Positions 1 through 10,917 of a stretch of 64,000 nt of DNA are shown here, piece after piece. The stretch is taken from positions 27,953 to 91,952 of the IMG/VR virus record IMGVR_UViG_3300034101_003795. One strand, given 5' to 3'. The position numbers and the translations under genes are program-made. The notes below the pieces were generated by a model. That model was not told the DNA's origin. It saw only the letters and a program-made list of their open reading frames with translations, and did no database searches. Source of the DNA: a virus. The number at the start of each line of letters is the position of its first letter. The first letter of the stretch is position 1.

Positions 1-1
1 A

Positions 2-709
2 TACTTTGAGTGTTTTGTTGATGCTAAATCACAAAATAAACTATTAATGCGATTTTCTGTAGATGGTGGTAGTCAAAACTTAATACCAAAAAATAGTAGC
101 AATAGTATTTATACTAGCATCAGCGGATTTACCAATTTGACAAGTGTAAGATTTTATTCTATGTCATGGGGTGTAGCAGATGGGTTTTCTAATACTGCAA
201 GGAGAACATTAGATGATTTATATATAAACGGTAGTGGTAATGCAGATACTTGTCTGTTAGGATCTGATACGAAAATTCACAGAATAATACCAATTAGTGG
301 TACCCCAATTAGTGGATGGATAAGTAATACTAACAACCCTGTAAATAGTATTATTTCTGCAGATGGAGATGCTTCTTATATATATGCTGATCTTCTTACT
401 AGTGGAGTTCAAAGCTTGTTTGTTTTTAGTGATGTTCCTGCAGGTGCTCCAACAGGATTAATTTTAGTAAAATCTATTAATATTGCTAGAAAAACCGCAA
501 TAGATACTAATGGTAAATTTATTAATGTGATGAGATCTGGAACAACGGGTACTGTTACTGAATTAGGAAATTCATATACTATTAGTGGTCTTGATTATAG
601 TACATTTTCTAATTTTATATACAATAATCCTGTTACCGGAAGCGGATGGAAATTATCTGAAATTAATAACATGCAGATTGGTATTAAAACTCAAGGAACT
701 GGCGTTTGA
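2..709 (+). CDS. virion/tail-associated beta-rich protein, 5'-truncated by window edge
   Basis: Frame is open from nt 2 (YFECFVDAKSQNKLL) into the ATG at 47; Ser/Thr/Gly/Asn-rich; C-terminal NPVTGSGWKLSEINNMQIGIK resembles phage virion proteins. Confidence 0.5.
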   Translation, partial: YFECFVDAKSQNKLLMRFSVDGGSQNLIPKNSSNSIYTSISGFTNLTSVRFYSMSWGVADGFSNTARRTLDDLYINGSGNADTCLLGSDTKIHRIIPISGTPISGWISNTNNPVNSIISADGDASYIYADLLTSGVQSLFVFSDVPAGAPTGLILVKSINIARKTAIDTNGKFINVMRSGTTGTVTELGNSYTISGLDYSTFSNFIYNNPVTGSGWKLSEINNMQIGIKTQGTGV

Positions 710-734
710 ATTAATTGGTAATTAGGATAAATTT

Positions 735-3700
735 ATGGTTTCTCCAGGAAATAATACATCAAACTATAGTAGTAAAGCTGTTTGGAGTGGATCGTCGGCA
801 AAACCAACTACGGTTGGTACAAATGGTGGTCCAAGCTATTATGGAACCTATGATCAAGATGGAAATGTAAGCGAAATTGTACTAGGAAGTTTCCCTAATA
901 CTGGAACACCAGACTCTAATGCATTTCCCTACGGGGCTGGCGGAAACTTTTTCAGTAGTGCTGTTGGAAGAAATGTAAATTATTTTACTAACTTTGGAGC
1001 GAATTTAAATTCTGGTGGTTTTAGGCTCGTAGCAAAAGAATATACTAATATACAAATTTCATCTGTTAGTCCAGAATTTTTTAATCCTAATTCCGGTATT
1101 GTTCAATCTTTTTATATTAATAATTATGAAAATTTTCCTATTACTGGACTACAGATATCAGGATATTATAAAAATATTCTTAATCCAGTATGGTCTGGTT
1201 CATACGATCCATCATCATCTGGTACAATAAGCGGCACAGGGAACATATTAATAAATTGTACTCTTGGATCTAGTGGCAGTTTAATTATTAACTTTAGTGG
1301 AATTCCTAAATCTGGACTTTCTATATTATCTAATAGAATAACATTATATACTTCAAATAATTATAATCTACAACAAAATTATTATAAGATTAGTAGTACA
1401 ATTTCATCAGATAATGAAATTAATAGTTTGAATTACCAGCATAAATTTTCTCAACTTAATTGGGGTAGTATAAGCCCTAATTCTTTTGTTGTGGTTGACG
1501 ATATAGGAAATTCAAATGCTTTTGATGTTTATCAAAATAATTTAGGATCATATGTAGGAGGAGTAAATTATTATTATAATATTACTAAATATTACATCAC
1601 AAATAATGAATATTGTTTATTTTTAAACAGCGTGGATCCACAAGGAACAAATCCACAAAATATTTATTCCACATACGTACCAAATACAATAACTTATTCA
1701 TCTGAAAATATTAATGGCAACAAATATAGTGTTATAACTTCAGGATACAATAGAGGGAATAAACCAATAGATAATATTCCAGTAGCAAATATGTTGCGAT
1801 ATTGTAATTGGTTACATAATGGAGGCAAAAGATATAATACAACATCATCTGGAATTTCTGCACCACAAAATACCGGTTCTTATAACGTTGGTACTGGTGT
1901 GAATGTTCTCCCAACGATACCACAGGGCACAGGAAGATTTAGACTACCAAATGCTCACGAGATAACCAAAGCATCTTATTACAGAGGTAGTGATGGTATT
2001 TATTGGAATTTTGGAACAAAAACAAATAGTGCTCCACTAAGCGCTGGTATACATGCTCCAACAAGAGATAGTCAGCTACCTAGTGGAGTTAGTGGATTAG
2101 AATTACGACAATCATATAATACTGCAAATTTTGGTACTGCATTAACAACAGCAGGAACTAATGGCGCTTCAAGTCCATATGGATTATATGATGTTGAAGG
2201 TTCTGTTATGGAAGTAACTCATCACGGAAGCAATTTTTTTGCTATGCGCAATTCGTCATGGAGGAGCACCACAACAATAGCCAGACTGAACTCACTTTTA
2301 TTTGTTAGCGTGGCAAATATTGATACAGAATTTAATGCTGGGTATGCTTATGGTTTCAGAGTAGTATCTAGTGGATTGATAGGCGATATCGGTTTAGATT
2401 TAGAAAGTGCGGGAATTTATTATAATCAATCAATCCCTATTGAAGCAACAGCAACAATAGAAAATAGTTTCAATATTCCAAGTACTTTTTCAGTTCTTTT
2501 ATCAGTATCTGGACAAAATACTAGTCCTGGATATTGGACACCTTATTATTTTAATGGAGCTACTGGACCAAATGTAGTTCAAAATAATATAGGGTCTAGT
2601 ATATCGTTACCATCAGATGATAGTAAAGTTATATTTACTTTAGCTGGCGCCACGCCAAATGAAGTAGCAACAACTCCAATAGTTATAAATGGAACCATTA
2701 CTCCTATTGGTTTTGGTGATCTATCATTAGAAAATAATAGTGATAGTATTATTAAATATATTGATCCACAGACAAATCTAGGAGTATCAATAACAGGATC
2801 TCAAGTGGTAAACAAGGGAGAGAATATAAGTTATGATATAATAGTAAGTAATACTGGTAGTAGTTATGTTAGTGGTATAAATCTGTCTACTAATATATCT
2901 CCATTAAATAATATTAATTACAGATGGAACCAAGATCTTAGCCGTAGCACATCATCTATAGTGTCAGTTCCGCCATCAGGAACTGGAAATATAGTATCAA
3001 ATATTTCGCTTTTACCAAATACGTATTCTATATTTAGTATAAGTGGTTTAGTTACTAATACTTATTATCCTATAACAGCATATTCTAGCATTAGTGTTAC
3101 GGGAAATCAGAGTGGATTTAAGGAGAGCAGCGCATCAACATCGTTTGGGCCAACAGATCTACAAATAAGATATACCGGGATTCCAATCTACCATTCTGAT
3201 GGACAATTTGTAAATTATAAAATATTAATTACTAATTCTGGTAGTAACGATTCTATAAATTCAAGATTCTTTCATAACTTTACTAGTTTATCTGGTATAA
3301 ATTGGTCAATTGTTTATGGACCATCATCAACTGGAATAACTAATGGATCAGGAATTATTGACGCTTATATCCTTTTAGGATCAAACAGTAGTGCTACCAT
3401 TAATGTAGATGGTATAGCTAGTAACTCAAAGTATGGGGATATATTATTAACATCATCTATCACACCAACAGTAATTACTGATAGTAATTTATCAAATAAT
3501 ACTGCAATTATTAATATACCTCATAGTATAGCTATAAAAAATATCAAGTATAGTGAGAATAGTTGTGATAATAATGGTTATATTACCATTGGAATAACTG
3601 GAGGAATACCACCATATTCATATACTATCAATAATGAAACAATATCTTCTAATGATACTATACTCACAATAGAAAATCTAGAGGCTGGCTCATATACTCC

Positions 3701-5615
3701 ATTAGTATCCGATAGTACTAATACTGTATATTATTATCCTGAAACTATTACAATTATAGATAGTTCTATTACTGCTACTGTGGGAAATATTTATTCTCCA
3801 TTATTATTAGATAGTTATGGTGTTGTTAACTTGTCTGTTGCTGGTAGCGGTGCTCCTTATGCTTTTGTGTTTACAAATTCAACAGATAATAGCATATCAA
3901 TTCCATCACTGGAAACCAAGTATATTGTTTCTTCAGAAACAGATAACTCTTTAATTAATTATAGATTTGATAATCTATTAACTCCAGACAGTTATTCATA
4001 TCTGATACAAGATAAGTATGGATGTCGTTCGTCAGGATCTTTTAATATTCCAAATATATCTGAATTAAGCGTGCAGGTTTCAACAATTGATAATAATCCT
4101 ATAGTCACAGCTATTCCATCATTAACATTAGATATTTTTGATACTATATTGATACCATATAAACATATTAAAAATAATACTAATCTTTGGAAATTAATTA
4201 AAACATTAGATCTGAAAGACTATATTAGCATATTAATTAATAATGAAAAATATGAATTTAGAATAGTCAGAGATATGCTTGATAAGCACTGTGTTGATAC
4301 TCAAAACAATATAGAATTATTAAGATTTGGTAATTCTGAAGAAGATTGGTATTTCTTCTTTTATATCGCTCCATCTGTTGATTTGACAAATGATCAAACC
4401 AATATTGATAGTTCTTTTGAGATTTTAGATACTAATACTCAAGAAAAGTTCTTATTAACATTAGGTTTATCAGAAACTAATACGTTAGAACAAGACAATC
4501 CAAGTTTAATAAGAGGCAGTTTTATTCTTAATGGTTTGGGCTATAATGAATATTCAGATAATACTGAAGCTAATATTTCAATAGGATATAATTCAGATAA
4601 TCAATACAATTATTATATTAATAATATTAAGAAAATACTACTCAATAATATATATAGCGTGGGATTTGTTACTACTATCAGTTTTCTAGAACAATTTAAT
4701 ATTGCTAGAGAATATATTACTATTGGACAAACATCGTGCAGTCTATCTAAAGAAGACTATCAATATAAATTAAATATTAAAAATCTACTTATAGATATCA
4801 ATAATTTTAATAATGTTAATAATGTTTATATATTAAATGCTAATAGTATTTCTAATAATGGACAATTAAACACATTCATACTTGGTAATGATACTTTTAT
4901 AACTGAAGATGGAACTTTAACTAATTCTTATACTATAGAATATTTTACTTTTGACAAAAATTCAACTAGTTTCAAACATTTTGAGATGAATAATGAAATT
5001 ATTAAAGATATTAATGTAATTAGTGAATTAGATTCAAGATACATAATTATTAGAGCTAAAGATACATATAATAATATACCAAAGAGTATTAGTATTAATG
5101 GAGTAGTATCGTCTTATGATAATCATTTTATAATAGCTCAAAGAGATTTACAAAATTATAATAATTCTATATTATCAGAATTTAAGTACGGTGATATTTT
5201 AGTATTTATCAAAGATCTATCTACTATTAATAGTGTTGATAACGAAGTATCCGGACTAGATCCTAATACTGGTTTACCTGGAACTACCGTTTTAGGAGGA
5301 ACCACCAATTCGCTTGTGACAAATATTATTGAACAAACAAAAGACTCGTCAGGTACTGGATCATTGTTACTACAAATACCTTCTAAAACAGAGGTTGAAG
5401 TATTTGGCCCTAATAAATACTTTATTAAAGTTAGTTCTGATACAACATTTAAAAATTTAATTCCTGGACTTTATATTATTAAAGGAAATGAAGACAGTTT
5501 AAAGAAGAATAATCTTTATCAAAATGAACTAAGAATTTTAATATCTAAGAATATTCTTTCGACTATAACAATTGAATTTACTAGTTATACAAATAAATTA
5601 TTTATTAAGGATTAA
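735..5615 (+). CDS. large mosaic tail/adhesin-like protein (FGE-sulfatase/C-type lectin fold, DUF11-like and SprB-like repeats)
   Basis: TTVGTNGGPSYYGTYDQDGNVSE...GFRLV and FRLPNAHE...SPYGLYDVEGSVME...GFRVV (SUMF1-type); YDIIVSNTGSS and YKILITNSGSN (DUF11-like); GITGGIPPYSY (SprB-like); AGGA RBS. Confidence 0.65.
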   Translation: MVSPGNNTSNYSSKAVWSGSSAKPTTVGTNGGPSYYGTYDQDGNVSEIVLGSFPNTGTPDSNAFPYGAGGNFFSSAVGRNVNYFTNFGANLNSGGFRLVAKEYTNIQISSVSPEFFNPNSGIVQSFYINNYENFPITGLQISGYYKNILNPVWSGSYDPSSSGTISGTGNILINCTLGSSGSLIINFSGIPKSGLSILSNRITLYTSNNYNLQQNYYKISSTISSDNEINSLNYQHKFSQLNWGSISPNSFVVVDDIGNSNAFDVYQNNLGSYVGGVNYYYNITKYYITNNEYCLFLNSVDPQGTNPQNIYSTYVPNTITYSSENINGNKYSVITSGYNRGNKPIDNIPVANMLRYCNWLHNGGKRYNTTSSGISAPQNTGSYNVGTGVNVLPTIPQGTGRFRLPNAHEITKASYYRGSDGIYWNFGTKTNSAPLSAGIHAPTRDSQLPSGVSGLELRQSYNTANFGTALTTAGTNGASSPYGLYDVEGSVMEVTHHGSNFFAMRNSSWRSTTTIARLNSLLFVSVANIDTEFNAGYAYGFRVVSSGLIGDIGLDLESAGIYYNQSIPIEATATIENSFNIPSTFSVLLSVSGQNTSPGYWTPYYFNGATGPNVVQNNIGSSISLPSDDSKVIFTLAGATPNEVATTPIVINGTITPIGFGDLSLENNSDSIIKYIDPQTNLGVSITGSQVVNKGENISYDIIVSNTGSSYVSGINLSTNISPLNNINYRWNQDLSRSTSSIVSVPPSGTGNIVSNISLLPNTYSIFSISGLVTNTYYPITAYSSISVTGNQSGFKESSASTSFGPTDLQIRYTGIPIYHSDGQFVNYKILITNSGSNDSINSRFFHNFTSLSGINWSIVYGPSSTGITNGSGIIDAYILLGSNSSATINVDGIASNSKYGDILLTSSITPTVITDSNLSNNTAIINIPHSIAIKNIKYSENSCDNNGYITIGITGGIPPYSYTINNETISSNDTILTIENLEAGSYTPLVSDSTNTVYYYPETITIIDSSITATVGNIYSPLLLDSYGVVNLSVAGSGAPYAFVFTNSTDNSISIPSLETKYIVSSETDNSLINYRFDNLLTPDSYSYLIQDKYGCRSSGSFNIPNISELSVQVSTIDNNPIVTAIPSLTLDIFDTILIPYKHIKNNTNLWKLIKTLDLKDYISILINNEKYEFRIVRDMLDKHCVDTQNNIELLRFGNSEEDWYFFFYIAPSVDLTNDQTNIDSSFEILDTNTQEKFLLTLGLSETNTLEQDNPSLIRGSFILNGLGYNEYSDNTEANISIGYNSDNQYNYYINNIKKILLNNIYSVGFVTTISFLEQFNIAREYITIGQTSCSLSKEDYQYKLNIKNLLIDINNFNNVNNVYILNANSISNNGQLNTFILGNDTFITEDGTLTNSYTIEYFTFDKNSTSFKHFEMNNEIIKDINVISELDSRYIIIRAKDTYNNIPKSISINGVVSSYDNHFIIAQRDLQNYNNSILSEFKYGDILVFIKDLSTINSVDNEVSGLDPNTGLPGTTVLGGTTNSLVTNIIEQTKDSSGTGSLLLQIPSKTEVEVFGPNKYFIKVSSDTTFKNLIPGLYIIKGNEDSLKKNNLYQNELRILISKNILSTITIEFTSYTNKLFIKD

Positions 5616-5617
5616 TA

Positions 5618-8600
5618 ATGACAACCACCAGAAGAACTATAAACGCTAATATGTCTCTCTCGTATGCTCTTGGTGGCAATGTTTTTGGTGGAGATATAAG
5701 ATTAAGTAATTTTGCTTTAAATATTGGAATAGGAAGTCAGTCATCAAATCTTGATGTAGAATTCATCTACGACACATGTGGACAAGCTGGAGGGGTATCA
5801 AGACCAACAGTAGGTAGAGCTGTTAGATTTCAATGTAATTCATTAGTATTTGGTGGCATTATTAATAGTGTATCATATGGTGAATCTGCTGGTGGATCAG
5901 TTTATAAATTAAAAATTATTGATCCAAGAAAAGTATTAGAAAATGTGTCTATTCTTTTACAAGGATACTATTGTGATTATGGTATACAAGCTCCAAATTT
6001 TATTAATATTGCTTCTTTTATAGAGAATGGTGTTGCTATTTGTCCTCCTGGCGAGGATACTCAAAATTGGCCACGAGTTGGGAACTGTAATAATTTTGGG
6101 AGAATTAATAGTGCTAATGGTGTTTTCTTAAGAGAAGCTTTGGCTGGAATACAAAGGAAAAACCCATTTGTATATACCACCACTGGAGAACCATTGTATC
6201 TAAATTTGGGCAAAATTATAGCAATAACGCCAGGATATGCTAAAACAGAGGCTTCTACATCAAGTTTATTAGCTCTAATAACTCAGGCTTGCGACGAAGG
6301 CGCTTGTGATTTTATTGTATCATTAGTTGGTACAATAATAGATATCATGCCAATTAATAGAGGAACACAGCCACCTTCTGGTTTAATAGGTCAGGTAATA
6401 AGTAGTGCTCAAAACACAGGAACATTAATAAGTGGAGAAGTTGGAGAAGAAGAATTATATGAAAATAGTAATAAAGTAGTATTGGGGGAAAATGTACAGT
6501 ACTTAAGAACAATTCAGTCTCCTGGTAATGTGGCAATGATGTTGGGAACTGACTTAAACGATAACGCTATTAGAGTTTATAATACTAATTTTAGAGTACC
6601 AATTAATATATCTACATTAGCAGCAGGATTTGCATCACAAGGATATTCTCTTCCTTATATGTTTCCAGTTTCAGAAGAAGAGATATTGGCCGCTGGAACT
6701 ACAGAATTATGGAAATTATATGGATTAGCAAACGAAAATAGTTTGTCTGGAAATTTATTATCATTATTAAATATGAGAGAACCATTAGGGGATACGCTTA
6801 AAGCATTTAATTTATTATTAAATACAAGTAATCTTAATGATTTTAATAAAAGTTTAGATGCTGTAAATAATATAACCTCAGCAGTTGCAAAAGCTAGGAA
6901 TGCACATTTATATGAACTAGCATACGAATGGTTTGCTCAAGATTTTATATCAACATATTATGGTAAAAAATGGCTTGTCCCAATAAGTTATATATGTGCA
7001 AATCCTGCTCCTCAGTCAAATAAAGTGGCTGATGGAGGTTATATTAATTTATCAGACGTTCCTTCTGATGGAGGATGGCCAAATGATTATAATCTTTTAG
7101 GATTAACTTATGGATATAATACGTCTTTGTTTGAAACTCCAGATGGTAGATTGAGTGGATTTTTACGCATGAATACTGCTCAATCTTTACCACGAAGAAT
7201 AGGTCTAAGATCTGTAAACTTTGTTGTTTCTCCAGAAGGACTAGATCCTAGCTCTATGCTTATAGTAGGACAAAATTGTTATGTTAAGGTGCAAACAGAA
7301 GGAGAAATGTTTAGAAGATCTCCATCCGTAGCGGAAGTTCTTATAACTTCTCCTTTTTTAAGTATGACTCCCGTTATTAATACCGATATTGTTTCTGAGG
7401 GATTAAGAACTTTAGCTGTAATATTAGGAGATGGTACTTTACCAAGAAAAATTGAGAAGAGTGAGACTGGAGCTTCGATGAAATCTGGTGCAAATATTTT
7501 TAAAATGGGTAAGCCTTGTTGTTCGTTCGACTACGTTTCTGTGCCAATGAAAAGCAATATTTACGTTTATGGGCCATGGACAGGCAGCAAAGGATCTATA
7601 GGATCCACCACTGTTGAACAAACAAATTTGAGTCCTTGGAATTATGGTGGTTTTTCAACAATGAATATGGTGGGCCAAGCATTGGCTCAAAATGGATTAA
7701 GACTAAGTAATAAAACAGAGTCTGGATCTATGACATTGGCCGAACCACCTGGGTATAGTATAGAATATTTTATTAATGCTGCTATTGTTATTAATAGTAT
7801 TGGTGTTAATTTTAATTCTGGCGGCGCTACAACGACATATAGCTTTCAAACATATAGTCAAAAATTTGGACAGTACGGTAAGGCTATTTCAGATAGTATC
7901 CAAAAGTCAGTAAAAATAAGAAGTGAAATTTTAGGATATATTCGAACACAAAGAAGGAATTTAATAACAGCTAGTAATTCAATTAGAAAAGAAATGGCAA
8001 GGTTTGATATTAAACAGGGTAAGTATGCTTTTCAAAAACAGCCGCCAGCCACATCTAAATCTTCTCCGTCTTATTTACTTGTCGGCGGATATTACGATCC
8101 ATCATCTGCAGATAAAGCTTATACTGTTGGATTAAATTCTACTAATCAATTTGAAACATCTACAGAAGGTCCACCTTTTCAAAATTTAGCAATTATGTCA
8201 TTAGATGGATTATTATCTCCGGTATCTTTACAGGGACGAGGGGGTAGACTTCCTAGATTTGCAACTTCGTGGGGTTATGAAAAAGGAGACAAGTCACACA
8301 CAACAAGACCATGCATGCCCCCTATCGATAATCAAGAACCATTAGCTATCAATAGAAAGTATTTAAATCCTATTGTTAGTAGAACATTTTTACAAACATG
8401 GGAAGGAAGAGGATCATCGAACAGTTTTAATATTAGAGTTATTGGATTTGGACAAAACAATAGTAATAATAGTATTTTTAATGTGTCAGACACTAAGTAT
8501 GATAATGAAACTGATTTTGGTTTTTATGCATTAAGAGGTCCATTAGTTTTACAGTCTTGGGGTTATGACACTGAAGGGAAACCTATTCCAAATGCTGTTG

Positions 8601-9310
8601 ATGATGCTTCTAGTACTGCTGGTGGAACATTTGTAAACGAAGGGACAAAAAATAAATTTATGGATAATTGGTTATCAAAACCAGAAAGTTGGCCAGTTGG
8701 ACCAATAGATTTAAGATATGACCGAGACAGAGGAGTGTGGGTCGCCCCAGCCAAAGAAAGAATACTATTAGCTAAATTAACAGATAAACTAGATGCCTCT
8801 GGTGTGGTTAATGCTACATTAATGAATGAGACTGTTGAAAGTATGAAATTTCATGAGAACTATAAGGTTTGGGGACCGAATGGAGAAGATATTATGTCAG
8901 ATATTGAATCTCATGAAATAAAAATATATAATTATTTAGATAATTCATTTGATAAGGACGAAGTAGTTTATGCTGTTTGGAATGATGATAAATATCTTGC
9001 TATTCCTAAAGGAGGAACTGGCTCTACAATTAGAGTTGGAAAATTTAGTGATGAAAGCTGGAACATAGGAGCAATAGCAAGAGTATCAGCTTATAAAGTA
9101 AATCCAGACTCAGATCCTGAATCTAATATCAATGATCCATCTATTGGTGGTCTTGTCGTAGAGGATGATGTTAAATATGAAAATTTATATGCTTTAAATT
9201 TATTTGCTGATATTGAGAACAGCGGAAGCAAATCACTTTGGGTTGCAGTAGCTAATATTGGTAAAGATTTCCATATACTGATAGATGCTGAATGCTCAAC
9301 TGAAGAATAA
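5618..9310 (+). CDS. large virion structural (tail/baseplate-like) protein
   Basis: 1230 aa, follows the adhesin gene closely; N-terminal VFGGIINSVSY...YKLKIIDPR pattern resembles tail hub proteins; no enzyme motif. Confidence 0.45.
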   Translation: MTTTRRTINANMSLSYALGGNVFGGDIRLSNFALNIGIGSQSSNLDVEFIYDTCGQAGGVSRPTVGRAVRFQCNSLVFGGIINSVSYGESAGGSVYKLKIIDPRKVLENVSILLQGYYCDYGIQAPNFINIASFIENGVAICPPGEDTQNWPRVGNCNNFGRINSANGVFLREALAGIQRKNPFVYTTTGEPLYLNLGKIIAITPGYAKTEASTSSLLALITQACDEGACDFIVSLVGTIIDIMPINRGTQPPSGLIGQVISSAQNTGTLISGEVGEEELYENSNKVVLGENVQYLRTIQSPGNVAMMLGTDLNDNAIRVYNTNFRVPINISTLAAGFASQGYSLPYMFPVSEEEILAAGTTELWKLYGLANENSLSGNLLSLLNMREPLGDTLKAFNLLLNTSNLNDFNKSLDAVNNITSAVAKARNAHLYELAYEWFAQDFISTYYGKKWLVPISYICANPAPQSNKVADGGYINLSDVPSDGGWPNDYNLLGLTYGYNTSLFETPDGRLSGFLRMNTAQSLPRRIGLRSVNFVVSPEGLDPSSMLIVGQNCYVKVQTEGEMFRRSPSVAEVLITSPFLSMTPVINTDIVSEGLRTLAVILGDGTLPRKIEKSETGASMKSGANIFKMGKPCCSFDYVSVPMKSNIYVYGPWTGSKGSIGSTTVEQTNLSPWNYGGFSTMNMVGQALAQNGLRLSNKTESGSMTLAEPPGYSIEYFINAAIVINSIGVNFNSGGATTTYSFQTYSQKFGQYGKAISDSIQKSVKIRSEILGYIRTQRRNLITASNSIRKEMARFDIKQGKYAFQKQPPATSKSSPSYLLVGGYYDPSSADKAYTVGLNSTNQFETSTEGPPFQNLAIMSLDGLLSPVSLQGRGGRLPRFATSWGYEKGDKSHTTRPCMPPIDNQEPLAINRKYLNPIVSRTFLQTWEGRGSSNSFNIRVIGFGQNNSNNSIFNVSDTKYDNETDFGFYALRGPLVLQSWGYDTEGKPIPNAVDDASSTAGGTFVNEGTKNKFMDNWLSKPESWPVGPIDLRYDRDRGVWVAPAKERILLAKLTDKLDASGVVNATLMNETVESMKFHENYKVWGPNGEDIMSDIESHEIKIYNYLDNSFDKDEVVYAVWNDDKYLAIPKGGTGSTIRVGKFSDESWNIGAIARVSAYKVNPDSDPESNINDPSIGGLVVEDDVKYENLYALNLFADIENSGSKSLWVAVANIGKDFHILIDAECSTEE

Positions 9311-9349
9311 TATATAGTGATTATTTACATCTAAAATTTTTAAGAAATA

Positions 9350-9895
9350 TTATGCTAATGAAAAACCTTTTTCTGGCACATTAGTTCTACCATCATATTC
9401 ACAGATACTTATTGAACCGGGTGTTTGCCAAGCACTAGAGGTATACATGTCAACGCTTGACCAAGCCATACGATAATTTTCAAATTGCGATTGAGGATAC
9501 ACAGAACGCCAATTAACGTTATTTATTATGGTTGGTCCTTTTACAACAACAAATGGATCTCCGACATAATTTGTGGCCGCATACAGGCAAGCAACAAAAC
9601 CATCTTTTATGGCAATTGAATCAAAAGAACCGGCAATCGCCCGTGGAAAAGAGTTAGAGGCTATATCATAACATCCGGCGTCAAGAATATCCATGTAAAC
9701 CCTCGGGCAACAACAAGAATTAAATGGCTGATCTGATTGACCGCCTACGCATAGACCACCCATTAAGGCTCCGCTTGCACAAAAAACCCTAGGAACTTTA
9801 CGTCTATTGCCTTTACAACCAAAACACTTACAGCCTTTTTTACAAAAACAGTCATACGCACCAAAAAATAAACCTCCTTTAGTAAAACTAGACAT
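9350..9895 (-). CDS. Cys-rich protein with beta/gamma-crystallin-like motif
   Basis: CFCKKGCKCFGC, SCCCP; DSIAIKDGFVACLYAATNYVG resembles a crystallin Greek-key motif; TAATG coupling to upstream gene. Confidence 0.5.
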   Translation of the reverse strand: MSSFTKGGLFFGAYDCFCKKGCKCFGCKGNRRKVPRVFCASGALMGGLCVGGQSDQPFNSCCCPRVYMDILDAGCYDIASNSFPRAIAGSFDSIAIKDGFVACLYAATNYVGDPFVVVKGPTIINNVNWRSVYPQSQFENYRMAWSSVDMYTSSAWQTPGSISICEYDGRTNVPEKGFSLA

Positions 9896-10215
9896 TACTT
9901 ATCCTTACTCCATTTGTGCCAACCCTTATTTGATAAGTAATTTCCTTCGTCATCTTTTCGCTTTGGGAATAAAGTGCCACCCTTTTTGTGTTGTCCAAAT
10001 CCTAGGATTGCCCCACAATCATTACATCGTAATTCATAATAGTCATTCCCGTCAACATTTCTAACAACAAAACGAATATTATCTTTGCCACACAAACCAC
10101 ACTTTTCTTCACCAAAAATTTCTTGAATTAGGGCCAATTCTTTAAAAATTTCTTTTTGGCCTGCTCCTTCTAATTCAAAAGCTAATTTATTATTGATATT
10201 ATATATAACTTTCAT
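9895..10215 (-). CDS. Zn-ribbon hypothetical protein
   Basis: CGLC...CNDC pairs; AGGAG RBS. Confidence 0.65.
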   Translation of the reverse strand: MKVIYNINNKLAFELEGAGQKEIFKELALIQEIFGEEKCGLCGKDNIRFVVRNVDGNDYYELRCNDCGAILGFGQHKKGGTLFPKRKDDEGNYLSNKGWHKWSKDK

Positions 10216-10227
10216 AATATTCTCCTA

Positions 10228-10917
10228 TTATTTCCAATTAATATCATATCCCTTTAAATCTTCTGGGATATTTGATATATTTTGTTGATATGATGACAGA
10301 TTTTTAATAATGTCAACAGCGACACTATGTTCTATATTATAGATATTTTTATCAGTATGTCCACTGGCTATCAATAATTTCTCCATATTAATGTCTAATC
10401 TTTTAGCCAATACATCAATAAAGTTAATCTGATTAGAACTAATTTTGGATACAGAATCACCATCAGGATTATCTTCAATTTCTTTGGCTATTTCGTCTGC
10501 TGTGACTATCTTGCGAAGTCTTAATCCTCGACGTAATGAACGACCTTCTGCTCTTGTTTCAGCCACGGCCACAGGATGACTACGATAAATTTTATCACAA
10601 TTACCCCAATAAACATCAGCAGCGCCACTAACGGTCCTTAATGTTTTGCTTTTGTCCATATTAAGAATATAAGATAATTTATGAACAACAGTTGCTCTCT
10701 TTTCATTATCAATATTAGGAGATTGTACAACATCCGATATTGAAGATATTATTTCACATTCCATAGCCATCTCAAATATCCTGCGTAATCCATCAGTTGT
10801 TGGGTTTCCTTCTATTTTTTCATCATCATTTAATAAACCCAACACATAATCATTCCATTCAATATCATGATATGAAATCTTCTTCTTTGAGTCCTTATCT
10901 TTGTCTTTGTCTACCAT
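10228..10917 (-). CDS. putative single-strand annealing protein (Rad52/Erf-like)
   Basis: ATVVH...VSGAADV...VAVAETRAEGRSLRRGL helix resembles the Rad52/Erf-superfamily core. Confidence 0.45.
   Translation of the reverse strand: MVDKDKDKDSKKKISYHDIEWNDYVLGLLNDDEKIEGNPTTDGLRRIFEMAMECEIISSISDVVQSPNIDNEKRATVVHKLSYILNMDKSKTLRTVSGAADVYWGNCDKIYRSHPVAVAETRAEGRSLRRGLRLRKIVTADEIAKEIEDNPDGDSVSKISSNQINFIDVLAKRLDINMEKLLIASGHTDKNIYNIEHSVAVDIIKNLSSYQQNISNIPEDLKGYDINWK

Noticed and set aside
804-2370. DGR template/variable repeat pair between the two FGE segments
   Set aside because: Similar only at protein level, differences not confined to adenines, and no reverse transcriptase in the window
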